Source: Chloroflexota bacterium
GTDB lineage: Bacteria; Chloroflexota; UBA11872; VXOZ01
DNA length: 64,000 bases
Reading direction: 5' to 3'
NCBI GenBank assembly: GCA_963663275.1
Contig: OY760183.1
Span: forward strand, 648,211-712,210
The stretch's first letter is position 1, and each line of letters begins with the position of its first letter. Both the position numbers and the translations under genes were made by a program. Shown here in pieces: positions 1 to 8,491 of this stretch. A model generated the notes under the pieces. That model ran no database searches and was not told where the DNA came from. It saw only the letters and a program-made list of their open reading frames with translations.

Positions 1-7
1 ACCGGAA

Positions 8-32
8 GGCGGGGGACAAGCCCCCGCGCTAC
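8..32 (-). repeat. REP-B hairpin (family GTAGCGCGGGGGCTTGTCCCCCGCC), reverse orientation
   Basis: GGCGGGGGACAAGCCCCCGCGCTAC; stem GCGGGGG/CCCCCGC. More than 20 related copies seen in the window. Confidence 0.8.
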
Positions 33-50
33 GACGTGCGGGCCGCGACG

Positions 51-78
51 GTAGGGGCACGACATGTCGTGCCCCTAC
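51..78. repeat. REP-A, 28-bp perfect palindrome GTAGGGGCACGACATGTCGTGCCCCTAC
   Basis: Exact palindrome. One of 12 copies counted in the window. Confidence 0.9.
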
Positions 79-189
79 CGGGGAGCGCGAATGGCGCGTC
101 TCATCCCGGGGCGTCCGCCGCCGCACACAACCCGGCGCGCCGCCATGGTCGCGCGCCGGCCGCACTGAATCGTCAAAAGGGTCTAAACG

Positions 190-2178
190 ATGCCGCGTGA
201 CTTGCCGGTGGGCAACGGCCGCCTGCTCATCTGCTTCGACAACGACTACCGCATCCGCGACGTTTACTATCCCCACGTCGGCCAGGAGGACCACGCCCAG
301 GGGCATCCATTCCAATTCGGCGTGTGGGTAGACCACCAGTTCGCCTGGATACACGATAGTTCCTGGCAGAAGTCGCTGCGCTACAACGAAGACACGCTTG
401 TCACCCACGTCACGGCGCAGAACGACCGCCTGCGTTTGCGGCTCACGCTGCAAGACGCGGTTGACTACAGTTGGGACGTCTTCGTGCGGCGCATCGAGGT
501 GGAGAACTTGGCCCCCACCGCCCGGGAGGCGCGCCTCTTCTTCCACCACAACTTCTCGCTGGGCGGCATCAGCATCGGCGACACCGCCTACTACGATCCC
601 CGCTACCGCTCGCTCATCCACTACAAGGGCAAGATCTTCTTCTGGATGAACGTCATGAACGGCGCCGAGTTCGGGCTGGAATCCTACGCCACCGGCACCA
701 AGAACGTGGGCGGTCTGGAGGGCACCTGGCGCGACGCCGAGGACGGCCGCCTGGAAGGCAACCCGATTGCGCAGGGATCCGTGGACAGCACCGGCTCCGT
801 CAGCGTCACCGTCGGCGGCGGCGAGACCGCCGCCGTCTACTACTGGATGGCGGTGGGCGACAGCGCCATGGCGGTGGAGGACATGGACCGCCAGGTGCGC
901 CAGGTCGGCCCGGCCGCCGTGCTCTACCGCACCCAGGAGTACTGGCGGCATTGGGTGCGCAAAGAGGGGTTCGCGCTGGCCGACCTGCCGCCCGAGATCG
1001 GCGCGCTCTTCAACCGCAGCCTGCTCACCATCCAGACCCAGACCGACCACGAAGGCGCGATCATCGCCGCCAACGACAACGACATCGCCCAGTTCGGACG
1101 CGACACCTACTCCTACATGTGGCCGCGCGACGGCGCGCTGGTGGCCTACGCGCTCAGCCGCGCCGGCTATGGCGAGATTTCGCGCCGCTTCTTCGAGTTC
1201 TGCCTGCGCACCATCACGCCCCAAGGCTACATGATGCACAAGTACAATCCCGACGGCTCGGTGGGTTCTTCCTGGCATCCCTGGGCCGCGCCGGACGGCT
1301 CCCGCCAGCACCCGATTCAAGAGGATGAGACCGCCTTGGTCATCTGGGCGCTCTGGCAGCACTTCGAGAAGTATTGGGACGTGGAGTTCATCAAGCCCTT
1401 CTACGCCTCGTTCATCAAGCCCGCCGCCCAGTTCATGAGCCTCTACCGCGACCTGACCACCGGCCTGCCGGTGCCGTCCTACGACCTGTGGGAAGAGCGC
1501 CACGGCGTGCACGCGCATACGGTGGCCACCGTCTACGCCGGCCTGCAAGCGGCGGCCAACTTTACCGAGACCTTTGGCGAAAACACCTACACGGAGAGTT
1601 ACCGGCGCACGGCGGAAGAGCTGAAAGAAGCGGCGCTCACGCACATGGTGAACCCGGATACCGGCCTCTTTTCGCGCATGGTCACGCCCCTGCCCGACGG
1701 CACCGTACGCCACGACCCCACCATCGACAGCGCCACCTACGCGCTCTGGTACTTCGGCATGTTGCCGCCCGACGACCCGCTTGTAGTCAAAGTGATGGAA
1801 ACGGTACGGGATCGTCTATGGGTGAAGACGGACGTCGGCGGCCTGGCGCGCTACGAAAACGACTACTACCACCAGATCAGCAACAACATCAGCGTCGTCC
1901 CCGGCAACCCGTGGTTCATCTGCACCCTCTGGCTGGCGGAGTGGCACATCGCCAAGGCCACCACACTCGCGGACCTGGAACCGGCGAAGGAAATCCTGCT
2001 CTGGGTCGAGCGCCGCCGCCTGGAGAGCGGCTGCCTGGCCGAGCAAGTCCATCCCTTCACCAACGCGCCCCTCAGCGTCTCACCCCTCACCTGGAGCCAC
2101 GCCACCGTGGTGATGACGGTGAACGCCTACGTGGAGAAGTACAATCTCCTCAAGCAAGGCGAAAACGGTCAACCATAG
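190..2178 (+). CDS. glycoside hydrolase family 15 (glucoamylase/trehalase-like)
   Basis: 662-aa ORF with GH15-type motifs WPRDGA and YDLWEER. ATG is preceded by AAAGGG. Confidence 0.85.
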   Translation: MPRDLPVGNGRLLICFDNDYRIRDVYYPHVGQEDHAQGHPFQFGVWVDHQFAWIHDSSWQKSLRYNEDTLVTHVTAQNDRLRLRLTLQDAVDYSWDVFVRRIEVENLAPTAREARLFFHHNFSLGGISIGDTAYYDPRYRSLIHYKGKIFFWMNVMNGAEFGLESYATGTKNVGGLEGTWRDAEDGRLEGNPIAQGSVDSTGSVSVTVGGGETAAVYYWMAVGDSAMAVEDMDRQVRQVGPAAVLYRTQEYWRHWVRKEGFALADLPPEIGALFNRSLLTIQTQTDHEGAIIAANDNDIAQFGRDTYSYMWPRDGALVAYALSRAGYGEISRRFFEFCLRTITPQGYMMHKYNPDGSVGSSWHPWAAPDGSRQHPIQEDETALVIWALWQHFEKYWDVEFIKPFYASFIKPAAQFMSLYRDLTTGLPVPSYDLWEERHGVHAHTVATVYAGLQAAANFTETFGENTYTESYRRTAEELKEAALTHMVNPDTGLFSRMVTPLPDGTVRHDPTIDSATYALWYFGMLPPDDPLVVKVMETVRDRLWVKTDVGGLARYENDYYHQISNNISVVPGNPWFICTLWLAEWHIAKATTLADLEPAKEILLWVERRRLESGCLAEQVHPFTNAPLSVSPLTWSHATVVMTVNAYVEKYNLLKQGENGQP

Positions 2179-2181
2179 ACC

Positions 2182-2508
2182 TGTGGATAACCTGCCGCTA
2201 TCCTGTGGATAACGCGGCGGAAGTGGGGGAAACCTGCCCCAAAACAGGTCGCAGGTTGCGGGAAATCCTGCGGATACGTTGCGGATAAGCCGGGGAATTC
2301 TGCCGCTCTGCCGTCTATATCCAGCCGTCGGCGTTGTATATACGTTGGGGATATAGGGGAGACTTTTCCCCGCTTCACAGCAGCAGCCGCGCCTGGCTTA
2401 CCCTTCATCCTCTCTCTCCCGCGCTAACGACATCCTTTTCCCAAGCCCTGCAACCAAGCCAATAGCGCGCTACGACTGGCACGATCGCGGTTTTCCCCAC
2501 TATCCACA
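2182..2508. promoter_or_regulatory. DnaA-box cluster (candidate DnaA-binding locus)
   Basis: Two perfect TGTGGATAA boxes at 2182-2190 and 2204-2212. 1-mismatch boxes at 2280-2288 (TGCGGATAA) and 2500-2508 (CTATCCACA, opposite orientation). 2-mismatch boxes at 2269-2277, 2346-2354 and 2489-2497. Confidence 0.5.
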
Positions 2509-2702
2509 GGACTGACGATGACTGCGGCTGTGTTCTTCTCCCTTTTTCTCTCCCACTTGTAAGTCAAGGTTCGCTCCGTCCGCCTACTCAGACAACCACA
2601 CAGCGGATACAATAGACACCGAGCGGCGCGGGACTACATCGAGAACCGTTCCACCGCAAGAGGCGGCTGGCTGCCGCGGCAGCGAATACACGGAGCGTGA
2701 CC

Positions 2703-3824
2703 ATGGACGATTCAATCCGCTACACGAAGCAGAAGTACGGCTGCAAGGTCGAGGTCCTGGCGGACGGCAAGCCGGTCTCCAGGCTGCGCATCGAGGATTA
2801 CACAATGCGCCTTGGCGGATCCTGGGTGCGCATGGGCGGCATCGCGGCTGTGGAGACGGATCCGGGGCAGCGCGGCCAAGGCTACGGACGGCGGCTCTTG
2901 GATGGGGCCGTCGCCTACATGCGCCGGAAAGAGTATCCGGTCTCTCTGCTGTTCGGCGTTCCTGACTTCTATCATCGCTTTGGCTACACCACGGTCCTGG
3001 TGAGCAAGTGCGCGGTGCGCGTGCCCACGGCCGCGGCCGAAACGCTGACCGCAACGCTGCCGGTGCGTGAGGCGGGGCCGGAGGACACGGAGGCCTTGCT
3101 GGCAATCTATCACGCCGACGAGACGGCGCGCAGCGGCAAACTGCGCCGCACGCGGGTCTCGCTCTTTCCGCACCTGGCGCCCGACGCCGAATGGTTCTGG
3201 GAGGCGCGGCCTATCCTGGTAGCCGAACAGGAGGGCACGCCGGTGGCGTACGCGCTGGGCAACACCGAGTGGCGAGAGGAGAACTCGGAATGGCGGGTGT
3301 TTCTCCATGAGCTGGAAGCGCCGGCGGCGGTTGCGCACACCGCCGGCACAAGCCTCATCCGCGCGCTGGCGGCGCAGGCGGCGGCCCGGCGGCAGGAATG
3401 GCTGAGCTTCGAGATGCTGCCCGACGCGCCGGTGCTGGACGCGCTGCGGCCAATCGGCTACAGCCAGGAGATTATGTATCGCCGCAATCAGGGCGGCATG
3501 GGGCGTATCATAGACTTGGCCGGCCTGGCGAACGCCCTAGCGGAGCCCCTGTCGCGGCGCAACGAGGCGATGGCTAGCGAGACGCGGGTGGGAACAATTG
3601 TGTTCAGGTGCGGTGGCGAGGAGGCCGAGGTGGAAGTTGGCAGCGGACGGCCGCTTGCGATAACTTTGCCCCAAGACGCCCTTCTGCAACTGCTCATGGG
3701 CTATCGCGGCATTGGAGAATTGCGCCTGGAGTACCCGGCGTGCGCGGCGGAACAGGACGCAGGGGTAGTGGACGCGCTCTTTCCCAGAGGCTATCCGTAC
3801 ACGTGGCAGATAGACCACTTCTAG
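2703..3824 (+). CDS. GNAT family N-acetyltransferase (Eis-like, long C-terminal extension)
   Basis: QRGQGYGRRLL acetyl-CoA motif. ATG 2703 lies 7 nt after GGAG; the ORF track opens at GTG 2697. Confidence 0.75.
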   Translation: MDDSIRYTKQKYGCKVEVLADGKPVSRLRIEDYTMRLGGSWVRMGGIAAVETDPGQRGQGYGRRLLDGAVAYMRRKEYPVSLLFGVPDFYHRFGYTTVLVSKCAVRVPTAAAETLTATLPVREAGPEDTEALLAIYHADETARSGKLRRTRVSLFPHLAPDAEWFWEARPILVAEQEGTPVAYALGNTEWREENSEWRVFLHELEAPAAVAHTAGTSLIRALAAQAAARRQEWLSFEMLPDAPVLDALRPIGYSQEIMYRRNQGGMGRIIDLAGLANALAEPLSRRNEAMASETRVGTIVFRCGGEEAEVEVGSGRPLAITLPQDALLQLLMGYRGIGELRLEYPACAAEQDAGVVDALFPRGYPYTWQIDHF

Positions 3825-3907
3825 GCGCGTGGGAGCGATTGACGTTCTGTGGCGCGCGCCTCGGATTGCGGCTTGGACGCCCGTTGGCACGGCTACACGA
3901 CGCGCCG

Positions 3908-3935
3908 GTAGGGGCACGACATGTCGTGCCCCTAC
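3908..3935. repeat. REP-A palindrome
   Basis: Exact 28-bp consensus. Confidence 0.9.
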
Positions 3936-3949
3936 CGCCATCACATGCC

Positions 3950-4100
3950 GTAGCGCGGGGGCTTGACCCCCGCCGCAAAGGGGCAATCGGCGTAGCGCGG
4001 GGGCTCGTCCCCCGCCACAGAGGGGCAATCGGCGTAGCGCGGGGGCTTGTCCCCCGCCACAGAGGGGCAATCGGCGTAGCGCGGGGGCTCGTCCCCCGCC
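3950..4100 (+). repeat. Tandem array: 4 REP-B hairpins at 42-bp period with a near-constant 17-nt spacer
   Basis: GTAG heads at 3950, 3992, 4034 and 4076. Spacer is (A/G)CA(G/A)AGGGGCAATCGGC in each unit. Confidence 0.85.
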
Positions 4101-4191
4101 GGAGGGGGAATTGGCGCGGCGCCGGCGCTTTTGCTCCGCTTCTTGGCATGGAACCAACACACCACCTCACGTATTGGCACAAAGGACGCCG

Positions 4192-4839
4192 ATGGGCATC
4201 GCTGCCGTAATCTTCGACGTGGACGGTCTCATGGCCGATAGCGAGCCGTTGCACCGCGCCGCCTGGCGTGAACTCGGCCGGCAGTGCGGTTTTCCCACCT
4301 ATCCCACCGACGCCGCCGAGAGCCTGGGACAGCGCGTCAGCGATAGCATCCACCTGCGCCACGCCCAGGGCCGCTTCAGCCAGGATCCGGCGGAGATGCT
4401 GGACCGCTACCACGACATTCTCAATGCGTTCATCCGGGAGCGGCTGCAACCGAAGTATGGGCTGCGCGCGGCGCTGGACTTCGTGCGCGGGCGGGGATGG
4501 CCGTGCGGCGCGGCCTCTTCCGGGGACAGAGTGTACATCGACGTGGCGCTGGACGTGCTGGGGATACGCGGCTATTTCCAGGCGGTGGCGACGGGCGACG
4601 AGGTGGCTGAAGGCAAGCCCGATCCGGCGCTCTACCTGCTGGCGGCGGCGCGCCTCGGCGTAGCCCCCACGGACTGCGTGGCGTTGGAAGACAGCCCCCG
4701 CGGCGTGCAAGCCGCGAAAGCCGCTAGGATGCGCTGCATCGCGGTGCCGGAGGGCGCGCGGACGCTGCCTGAGGCCGACGCGGTGTGCGAATCCCTGGTC
4801 ACGGCAATCGAAGTCCTGCGCCGGTGGGCGCGGGGTTGA
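4192..4839 (+). CDS. HAD-superfamily hydrolase (beta-phosphoglucomutase-like subfamily)
   Basis: Motif I FDVDGLMADSE, plus GKPDP and LEDSPRG. ATG 4192 follows AAAGGA. Upstream ORF sequence is a translated REP array. Confidence 0.8.
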   Translation: MGIAAVIFDVDGLMADSEPLHRAAWRELGRQCGFPTYPTDAAESLGQRVSDSIHLRHAQGRFSQDPAEMLDRYHDILNAFIRERLQPKYGLRAALDFVRGRGWPCGAASSGDRVYIDVALDVLGIRGYFQAVATGDEVAEGKPDPALYLLAAARLGVAPTDCVALEDSPRGVQAAKAARMRCIAVPEGARTLPEADAVCESLVTAIEVLRRWARG

Positions 4840-4981
4840 AAGAGAGCAAAGGGCGAGCGCGGCTTCCGGGAACATGCGCCCGCTCACTTCCAACCCGATC
4901 GGTTCTGCTAAACTGATTCTGGGCGCGTGAAAACGAGGACGCCTGGGAATCTGCGCCCGCAACGTGGATAAGGATAGAAGC

Positions 4982-5776
4982 ATGGATAGAGCGGCGATGC
5001 CGAAGAAGCCCGCTGATTTGCGGGCGCTCATTCGGGCCGGTGAGTGGCAGACCACGACGGAGGGCCTGGCGCCGGGGTTCGTGCAGACGAACCTGGCGAT
5101 CGTGCCTCGGGACCTGGCGTTCGACTTTCTCCTCTTCTGCCAGCGCAATCCCCAGCCGTGTCCCGTGCTGGAGGTGCTGGAACCGGGGTCGCACGAGCCC
5201 CGCGAGACGGCGCCCGGCGCGGACATTCGCACCGACGTGCCGCGCTACCGCGTCTACGAGCACGGCGCGCTGGCGGCTGAGGTCACGGACATCACCGACC
5301 GCTGGCAAGACGACTTCGTCTCGTTCCTGCTGGGGTGCAGTTTCAGCTTCGAGTCCGCCATGCTGGCCGCCGGCATCCCCCTGCGCCACCTGCAAGAGGG
5401 CAACGACGTGCCGGTCTACGTCACGAATCGGGATACGACAACCGCCGGCGCGTTCTCCGGGCCGCTGGTGGTGAGCATGAGGCCGATTCACCATACCCAG
5501 GTCGTGCGGGCGGTGCAGACCACGTCGCGCTTTCCGGGCGTGCACGGCGCGCCGGTGCACGTGGGCGATCCGGCGGAGATCGGCATTGCCGACCTGGACG
5601 AGCCCCAGTGGGGCGCGCGCACCGACGTGCGCGCGGGCGAGGTGCCGGTCTTCTGGGCCTGCGGCGTCACGCCGCAAGCGGTCGCCCTGGCCAGCAAACC
5701 GCCACTGATGATCACCCACGCGGCGGGCCACATGTTCCTCACCGACCTGCAGGACGCCCACCTGGCCGTGCTGTAG
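4982..5776 (+). CDS. putative hydro-lyase, DUF1445/UPF0317 family
   Basis: APGFVQTNLAIVP, LLFCQRNPQPCPVLEV, SRFPGVHGAPVHVGDP and VFWACGVTPQ are typical of this family. Start is 4964, 4982 or 4997. Confidence 0.75.
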   Translation: MDRAAMPKKPADLRALIRAGEWQTTTEGLAPGFVQTNLAIVPRDLAFDFLLFCQRNPQPCPVLEVLEPGSHEPRETAPGADIRTDVPRYRVYEHGALAAEVTDITDRWQDDFVSFLLGCSFSFESAMLAAGIPLRHLQEGNDVPVYVTNRDTTTAGAFSGPLVVSMRPIHHTQVVRAVQTTSRFPGVHGAPVHVGDPAEIGIADLDEPQWGARTDVRAGEVPVFWACGVTPQAVALASKPPLMITHAAGHMFLTDLQDAHLAVL

Positions 5777-5867
5777 GACGCCCTGCCGGTTCCCTTCTGC
5801 CTGGGCGCCAGCCGCAGCGCCATTCCTGTTCCCTCTCCCAGGGGGGATTGCCGCGGTGCTCTTCCTA

Positions 5868-5903
5868 TTCCCTCTCCCTGGGGAGAGGGTTAGGGTGAGG
5901 GGG
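5868..5903 (+). repeat. REP-E element (TTCCCTCTCCCTGGGGAGAGGGTTAGGGTGAGGGG family)
   Basis: Hairpin CCCTCTCC/GGAGAGGG plus a TTAGGGTGAGGGG tail. Overlaps the 3' end of moaE. Confidence 0.8.
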
Positions 5904-6405
5904 ACGCGCCCGCGCCGGGCGAGACCCCTTCCACCCACACCTCGCCGTCGGCGTAGGCCTCTTTCTTCCAGATGGGCACCGTCTCTTTCAGGCGGTCGAT
6001 GGCGAACGCGCAGGCCGCGAACGACTCCTTGCGGTGCGGCGTCGCCACCGCGATCGCCACCGAAACCTCGCCGATTTCCAGCTTGCCGATGCGGTGCAGC
6101 ATGGCCACGCGGCAGTCCGGCCAGCGGGCGTAGACCTCCAGCGCGATTTTGCGCATCTCGGCCTCGGCCATCTCCGGGTAGGCCTCGTACGTGAGGCCGG
6201 TGACGCTCTTGCCCCGGGCGTGGTTGCGCACCGTGCCGGAGAAGGTGGCCACGGCGCCGTAGGCGTCCGTCAGCACGTGGGGGATCAGTTCGTCCGCCGT
6301 AATTGGCCGCTCCAGGATGCGGAAATGGCCGGTATCGACCTTTTCCGCCGCGGTTTCGGCGGTAGTTGTGGCTGCCGTGTTGGCAGTGGTGTTCGTCGCA
6401 GTCAT
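5890..6405 (-). CDS. moaE: molybdopterin synthase catalytic subunit MoaE
   Basis: 171 aa with GAVATFSGTVRNH, LTYEAYPEMA and VPIWKKE. GAGGAG lies upstream of the ATG. The last codons and the TAA stop lie inside REP-E. Confidence 0.85.
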   Translation of the reverse strand: MTATNTTANTAATTTAETAAEKVDTGHFRILERPITADELIPHVLTDAYGAVATFSGTVRNHARGKSVTGLTYEAYPEMAEAEMRKIALEVYARWPDCRVAMLHRIGKLEIGEVSVAIAVATPHRKESFAACAFAIDRLKETVPIWKKEAYADGEVWVEGVSPGAGASPSP

Positions 6406-6429
6406 CGCTTAGCCGCTCCTCAATGCTTT

Positions 6430-6464
6430 CACCCTCACCCCGGCCCTCTCCCTCAGGGAGAGGG
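6430..6464 (-). repeat. REP-E element, reverse orientation
   Basis: CACCCTCACCCCGGCCCTCTCCCTCAGGGAGAGGG. Confidence 0.75.
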
Positions 6465-6788
6465 GGTCTTACCCACTTGTCGATCAGACGCAGGAAGGCT
6501 CTTCTCCCGTAGCGCGGGGGCTTGTCCCCCGCCTCTGCCGGCGTGGGTCTTACCCAATTGTCGATCAGGCGCTGGAAGGCTCTTCCCCTGTAGCGCGGGG
6601 GCTAGTCCCCCGCCTCTACCGGCGTGGGTCTTACCCAATTGTCGAACGTACGCTGGAAGGCATTTCTCCCGTAGCGCGGGGGCTAGTCCCCCGCCTCTGC
6701 CGGCGTGGGTCTTACCCAATTGTCGATCGTACGCTGGAAGGCTCATCTCCCGTAGCGCGGGGGCTAGTCCCCCGCCTCTGCCGGCGGG
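6465..6788 (+). repeat. Tandem array: 4 x 81-bp unit, each containing one REP-B hairpin
   Basis: Units start at 6465, 6546, 6627 and 6708. REP-B GTAG heads are at 6509, 6590, 6671 and 6752. Fills the moaD-moaE spacer. Confidence 0.9.
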
Positions 6789-6792
6789 GCGT

Positions 6793-7056
6793 TCAGCCGC
6801 CGCTTACCGGCGGGATGAAGGCCACCTCGTCGCCGGCGTGGAGCACGGTATCCGCCGACGCGTACGCGCGGTTGACGGAATAAGACACCGCTGCTTCCGC
6901 GCCCGCCAACGCCGGGTACTCGTGAATGAGCCGCGCGAGCACGTCGCCCACCGTCGCGCCGGCGGGCGCCTCTTGTTTCAGCGTGCTTACGCCCAGGGTT
7001 TCGCGAAAGACCGCGAAGAGCCGCAGGGTAATCGTAATCGATGCGGTCTCTGCCAT
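6793..7056 (-). CDS. moaD: molybdopterin synthase sulfur-carrier subunit MoaD
   Basis: 87 aa, ThiS/MoaD-like with a C-terminal VSGG. Lies upstream of moaE on the same strand. Confidence 0.85.
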   Translation of the reverse strand: MAETASITITLRLFAVFRETLGVSTLKQEAPAGATVGDVLARLIHEYPALAGAEAAVSYSVNRAYASADTVLHAGDEVAFIPPVSGG

Positions 7057-7182
7057 GGCGCTCCATCTCCCACCGCCGCGTTGTGCCCCCAGTATACCAA
7101 AGCGACGGGCCGTTCCGGAGAAGGTGTAGACCGTTATGCGCGCAAAGAGGCGGGGGACAAGATCCGATGCCGTCGCGTTAAC

Positions 7183-7207
7183 GTAGCGCGGGGGCTTGTC
7201 CCCCGCC
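7183..7207 (+). repeat. REP-B hairpin
   Basis: GTAGCGCGGGGGCTTGTCCCCCGCC. Confidence 0.8.
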
Positions 7208-7223
7208 GGAACAAGAGAGATGC

Positions 7224-7325
7224 GAATGGAATGTATCGACCCTACGAAAGACGCAGGTTACAAACCTGCGCTACCGGAGAAACGAGCGTAGTTCTCATGT
7301 TCATGGCGTTTAATGCGACAGCAAT
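7224..7325 (+). mobile_element. MITE-like element with a REP-D core (GCGCAGGTTACAAACCTGCGCTAC)
   Basis: About 100 bp, homologous in reverse orientation to 40804-40920. REP-D core at 7252-7274. Confidence 0.6.
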
Positions 7326-7364
7326 AGGGGCAAGACCCCGCGCTACAGCTCTATGATTGGTGCG

Positions 7365-7392
7365 GTAGGGGCACGACATGTCGTGCCCCTAC
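7365..7392. repeat. REP-A palindrome
   Basis: Exact 28-bp consensus. Confidence 0.9.
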
Positions 7393-7411
7393 CGGGACTG
7401 GCACGAGCCAA

Positions 7412-7543
7412 GAGGCGAGGGACAAGCCCCCGCGCTACGGTGGAATGCGCCGGGCCGTGCCGGAGAAGGTGTAGACCGTTACGCGCGAAGAGGCGGGGGA
7501 CAAGCCCCCGCGCTACGGTGGAATGCGCCGCGCCGTGTCGGAG
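7412..7543 (-). repeat. 78-bp tandem unit (about 1.7 copies) carrying REP-B in reverse orientation
   Basis: REP-B at 7414-7438 and 7492-7516. A third partial unit at 7107-7164 is separated by inserted repeats. Confidence 0.7.
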
Positions 7544-7662
7544 TAAGTATTAACCCTTGCACGCAGCGGTTGCGGTCGGGCGCGTAGTTGCGCAGGACGC
7601 GGCGAGCAGGCTTGACAGATGCCTGCACTCCGGCAATAGTACACGGCAAGGAGGATGGCGTA

Positions 7663-8487
7663 GTGTCTGAGCGGAAGGCGGCGGTTGCAGAACCGGTCCT
7701 CAGCGCCGAGCAGATAGCGTTCTATCACGCGAACGGCTATCTGGTGCTCCCCGGCGTGCTCTCGGCGCGGGAGTTGGCGGCGCTGCGGGCGGCCGCGGAC
7801 GCGCTGGACGCGGAGCGGCTCCGGCGCGGCGGCGCGGAGCGCACCGTCGCCATTCACGACGTCATCTTCTTGCAGGAAGCGTTCATGGAAGCCGCGCACC
7901 ATCCGGCGCTCATTGGAGCGTCCGTGCAGCTTATCGGCGAGAACCTACATCTGATCCAGGCGCGGGTCCACTGGAAGCCGATCGCGAAGGGCGAGGGCGC
8001 GGTGGACTGGCATCAGGACTACCCGTTTCACCCATTGACCAACTATGACGTGCTGGCGGTGACGTTCCTGCTCGATGACACAACGGCGCGGAACGGCGCG
8101 TTGCAGGCCATACCCGGCAGCCACCGGCGCGGTCCGCTGAACCATCACGACGAAGACGGCGCTTTTGCCGGCCGCTGCACAAATCCCGACGATTACGCCG
8201 CCGACGTCGCCAACGGCAACCTGTTCGATCTGGAAGGCCCCGCCGGCAGCATGACGATCCACCACGCGAATCTGCTGCACTACACGCACCCCAACAACAG
8301 CGAGACCCCGCGCCGGGCGTTGGTCTACCAGATTGCGGCCGGCGACGCGGCGCTGCTGGGCGGCAACTTCTTCAAGGTCTGGCCGGTCTACCTGCACGGC
8401 AGCGACCCGTTGACGGCCCGCTTCCTGGACGGCTCGACCCAGCGTTTGCCCCAGCCCTTTCGCAATCAGGGAGGACTGGATAGCTGA
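7663..8487 (+). CDS. phytanoyl-CoA dioxygenase (PhyH) family Fe(II)/2OG oxygenase
   Basis: FYHANGYLVLPGVL and WHQDYPF (HxD). GTG 7663 follows AAGGAGG. The ORF track opens at 7588. Confidence 0.8.
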   Translation: MSERKAAVAEPVLSAEQIAFYHANGYLVLPGVLSARELAALRAAADALDAERLRRGGAERTVAIHDVIFLQEAFMEAAHHPALIGASVQLIGENLHLIQARVHWKPIAKGEGAVDWHQDYPFHPLTNYDVLAVTFLLDDTTARNGALQAIPGSHRRGPLNHHDEDGAFAGRCTNPDDYAADVANGNLFDLEGPAGSMTIHHANLLHYTHPNNSETPRRALVYQIAAGDAALLGGNFFKVWPVYLHGSDPLTARFLDGSTQRLPQPFRNQGGLDS

Positions 8488-8491
8488 GACG

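Noticed and set aside
2169-2408. 79-aa minus-strand ORF (and 2424-2612) in the GH15-GNAT spacer
   Set aside because: There is no RBS or motif, and the region is better explained as a non-coding DnaA-box cluster.
3950-4100. Regularly spaced hairpin repeats resembling a CRISPR array (also at 6465-6788)
   Set aside because: The 'spacers' are the same sequence in every unit. The repeats belong to the dispersed REP-B family. There are no cas genes or leader in the window.
3694-5232. 512-aa minus-strand ORF overlapping the HAD and DUF1445 genes
   Set aside because: It is antisense to two motif-supported genes. Its composition is Arg/Pro/Ala-rich, typical of GC-driven shadow ORFs, and part of it is a translated REP-B array.
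6453-6746. 97-aa ORF with 27-aa repeats
   Set aside because: It is a direct translation of the 81-bp tandem array. Several frames on both strands are open for the same reason, and there is no start context.
7378-7587. ORFs beginning MSCPY... (also 30324-30599, 34338 and 61502-62098)
   Set aside because: The ATG is the centre of the REP-A palindrome (GACATGTCG), so these starts are repeat artefacts. For the MFS gene, a downstream GTG (34404) was preferred.
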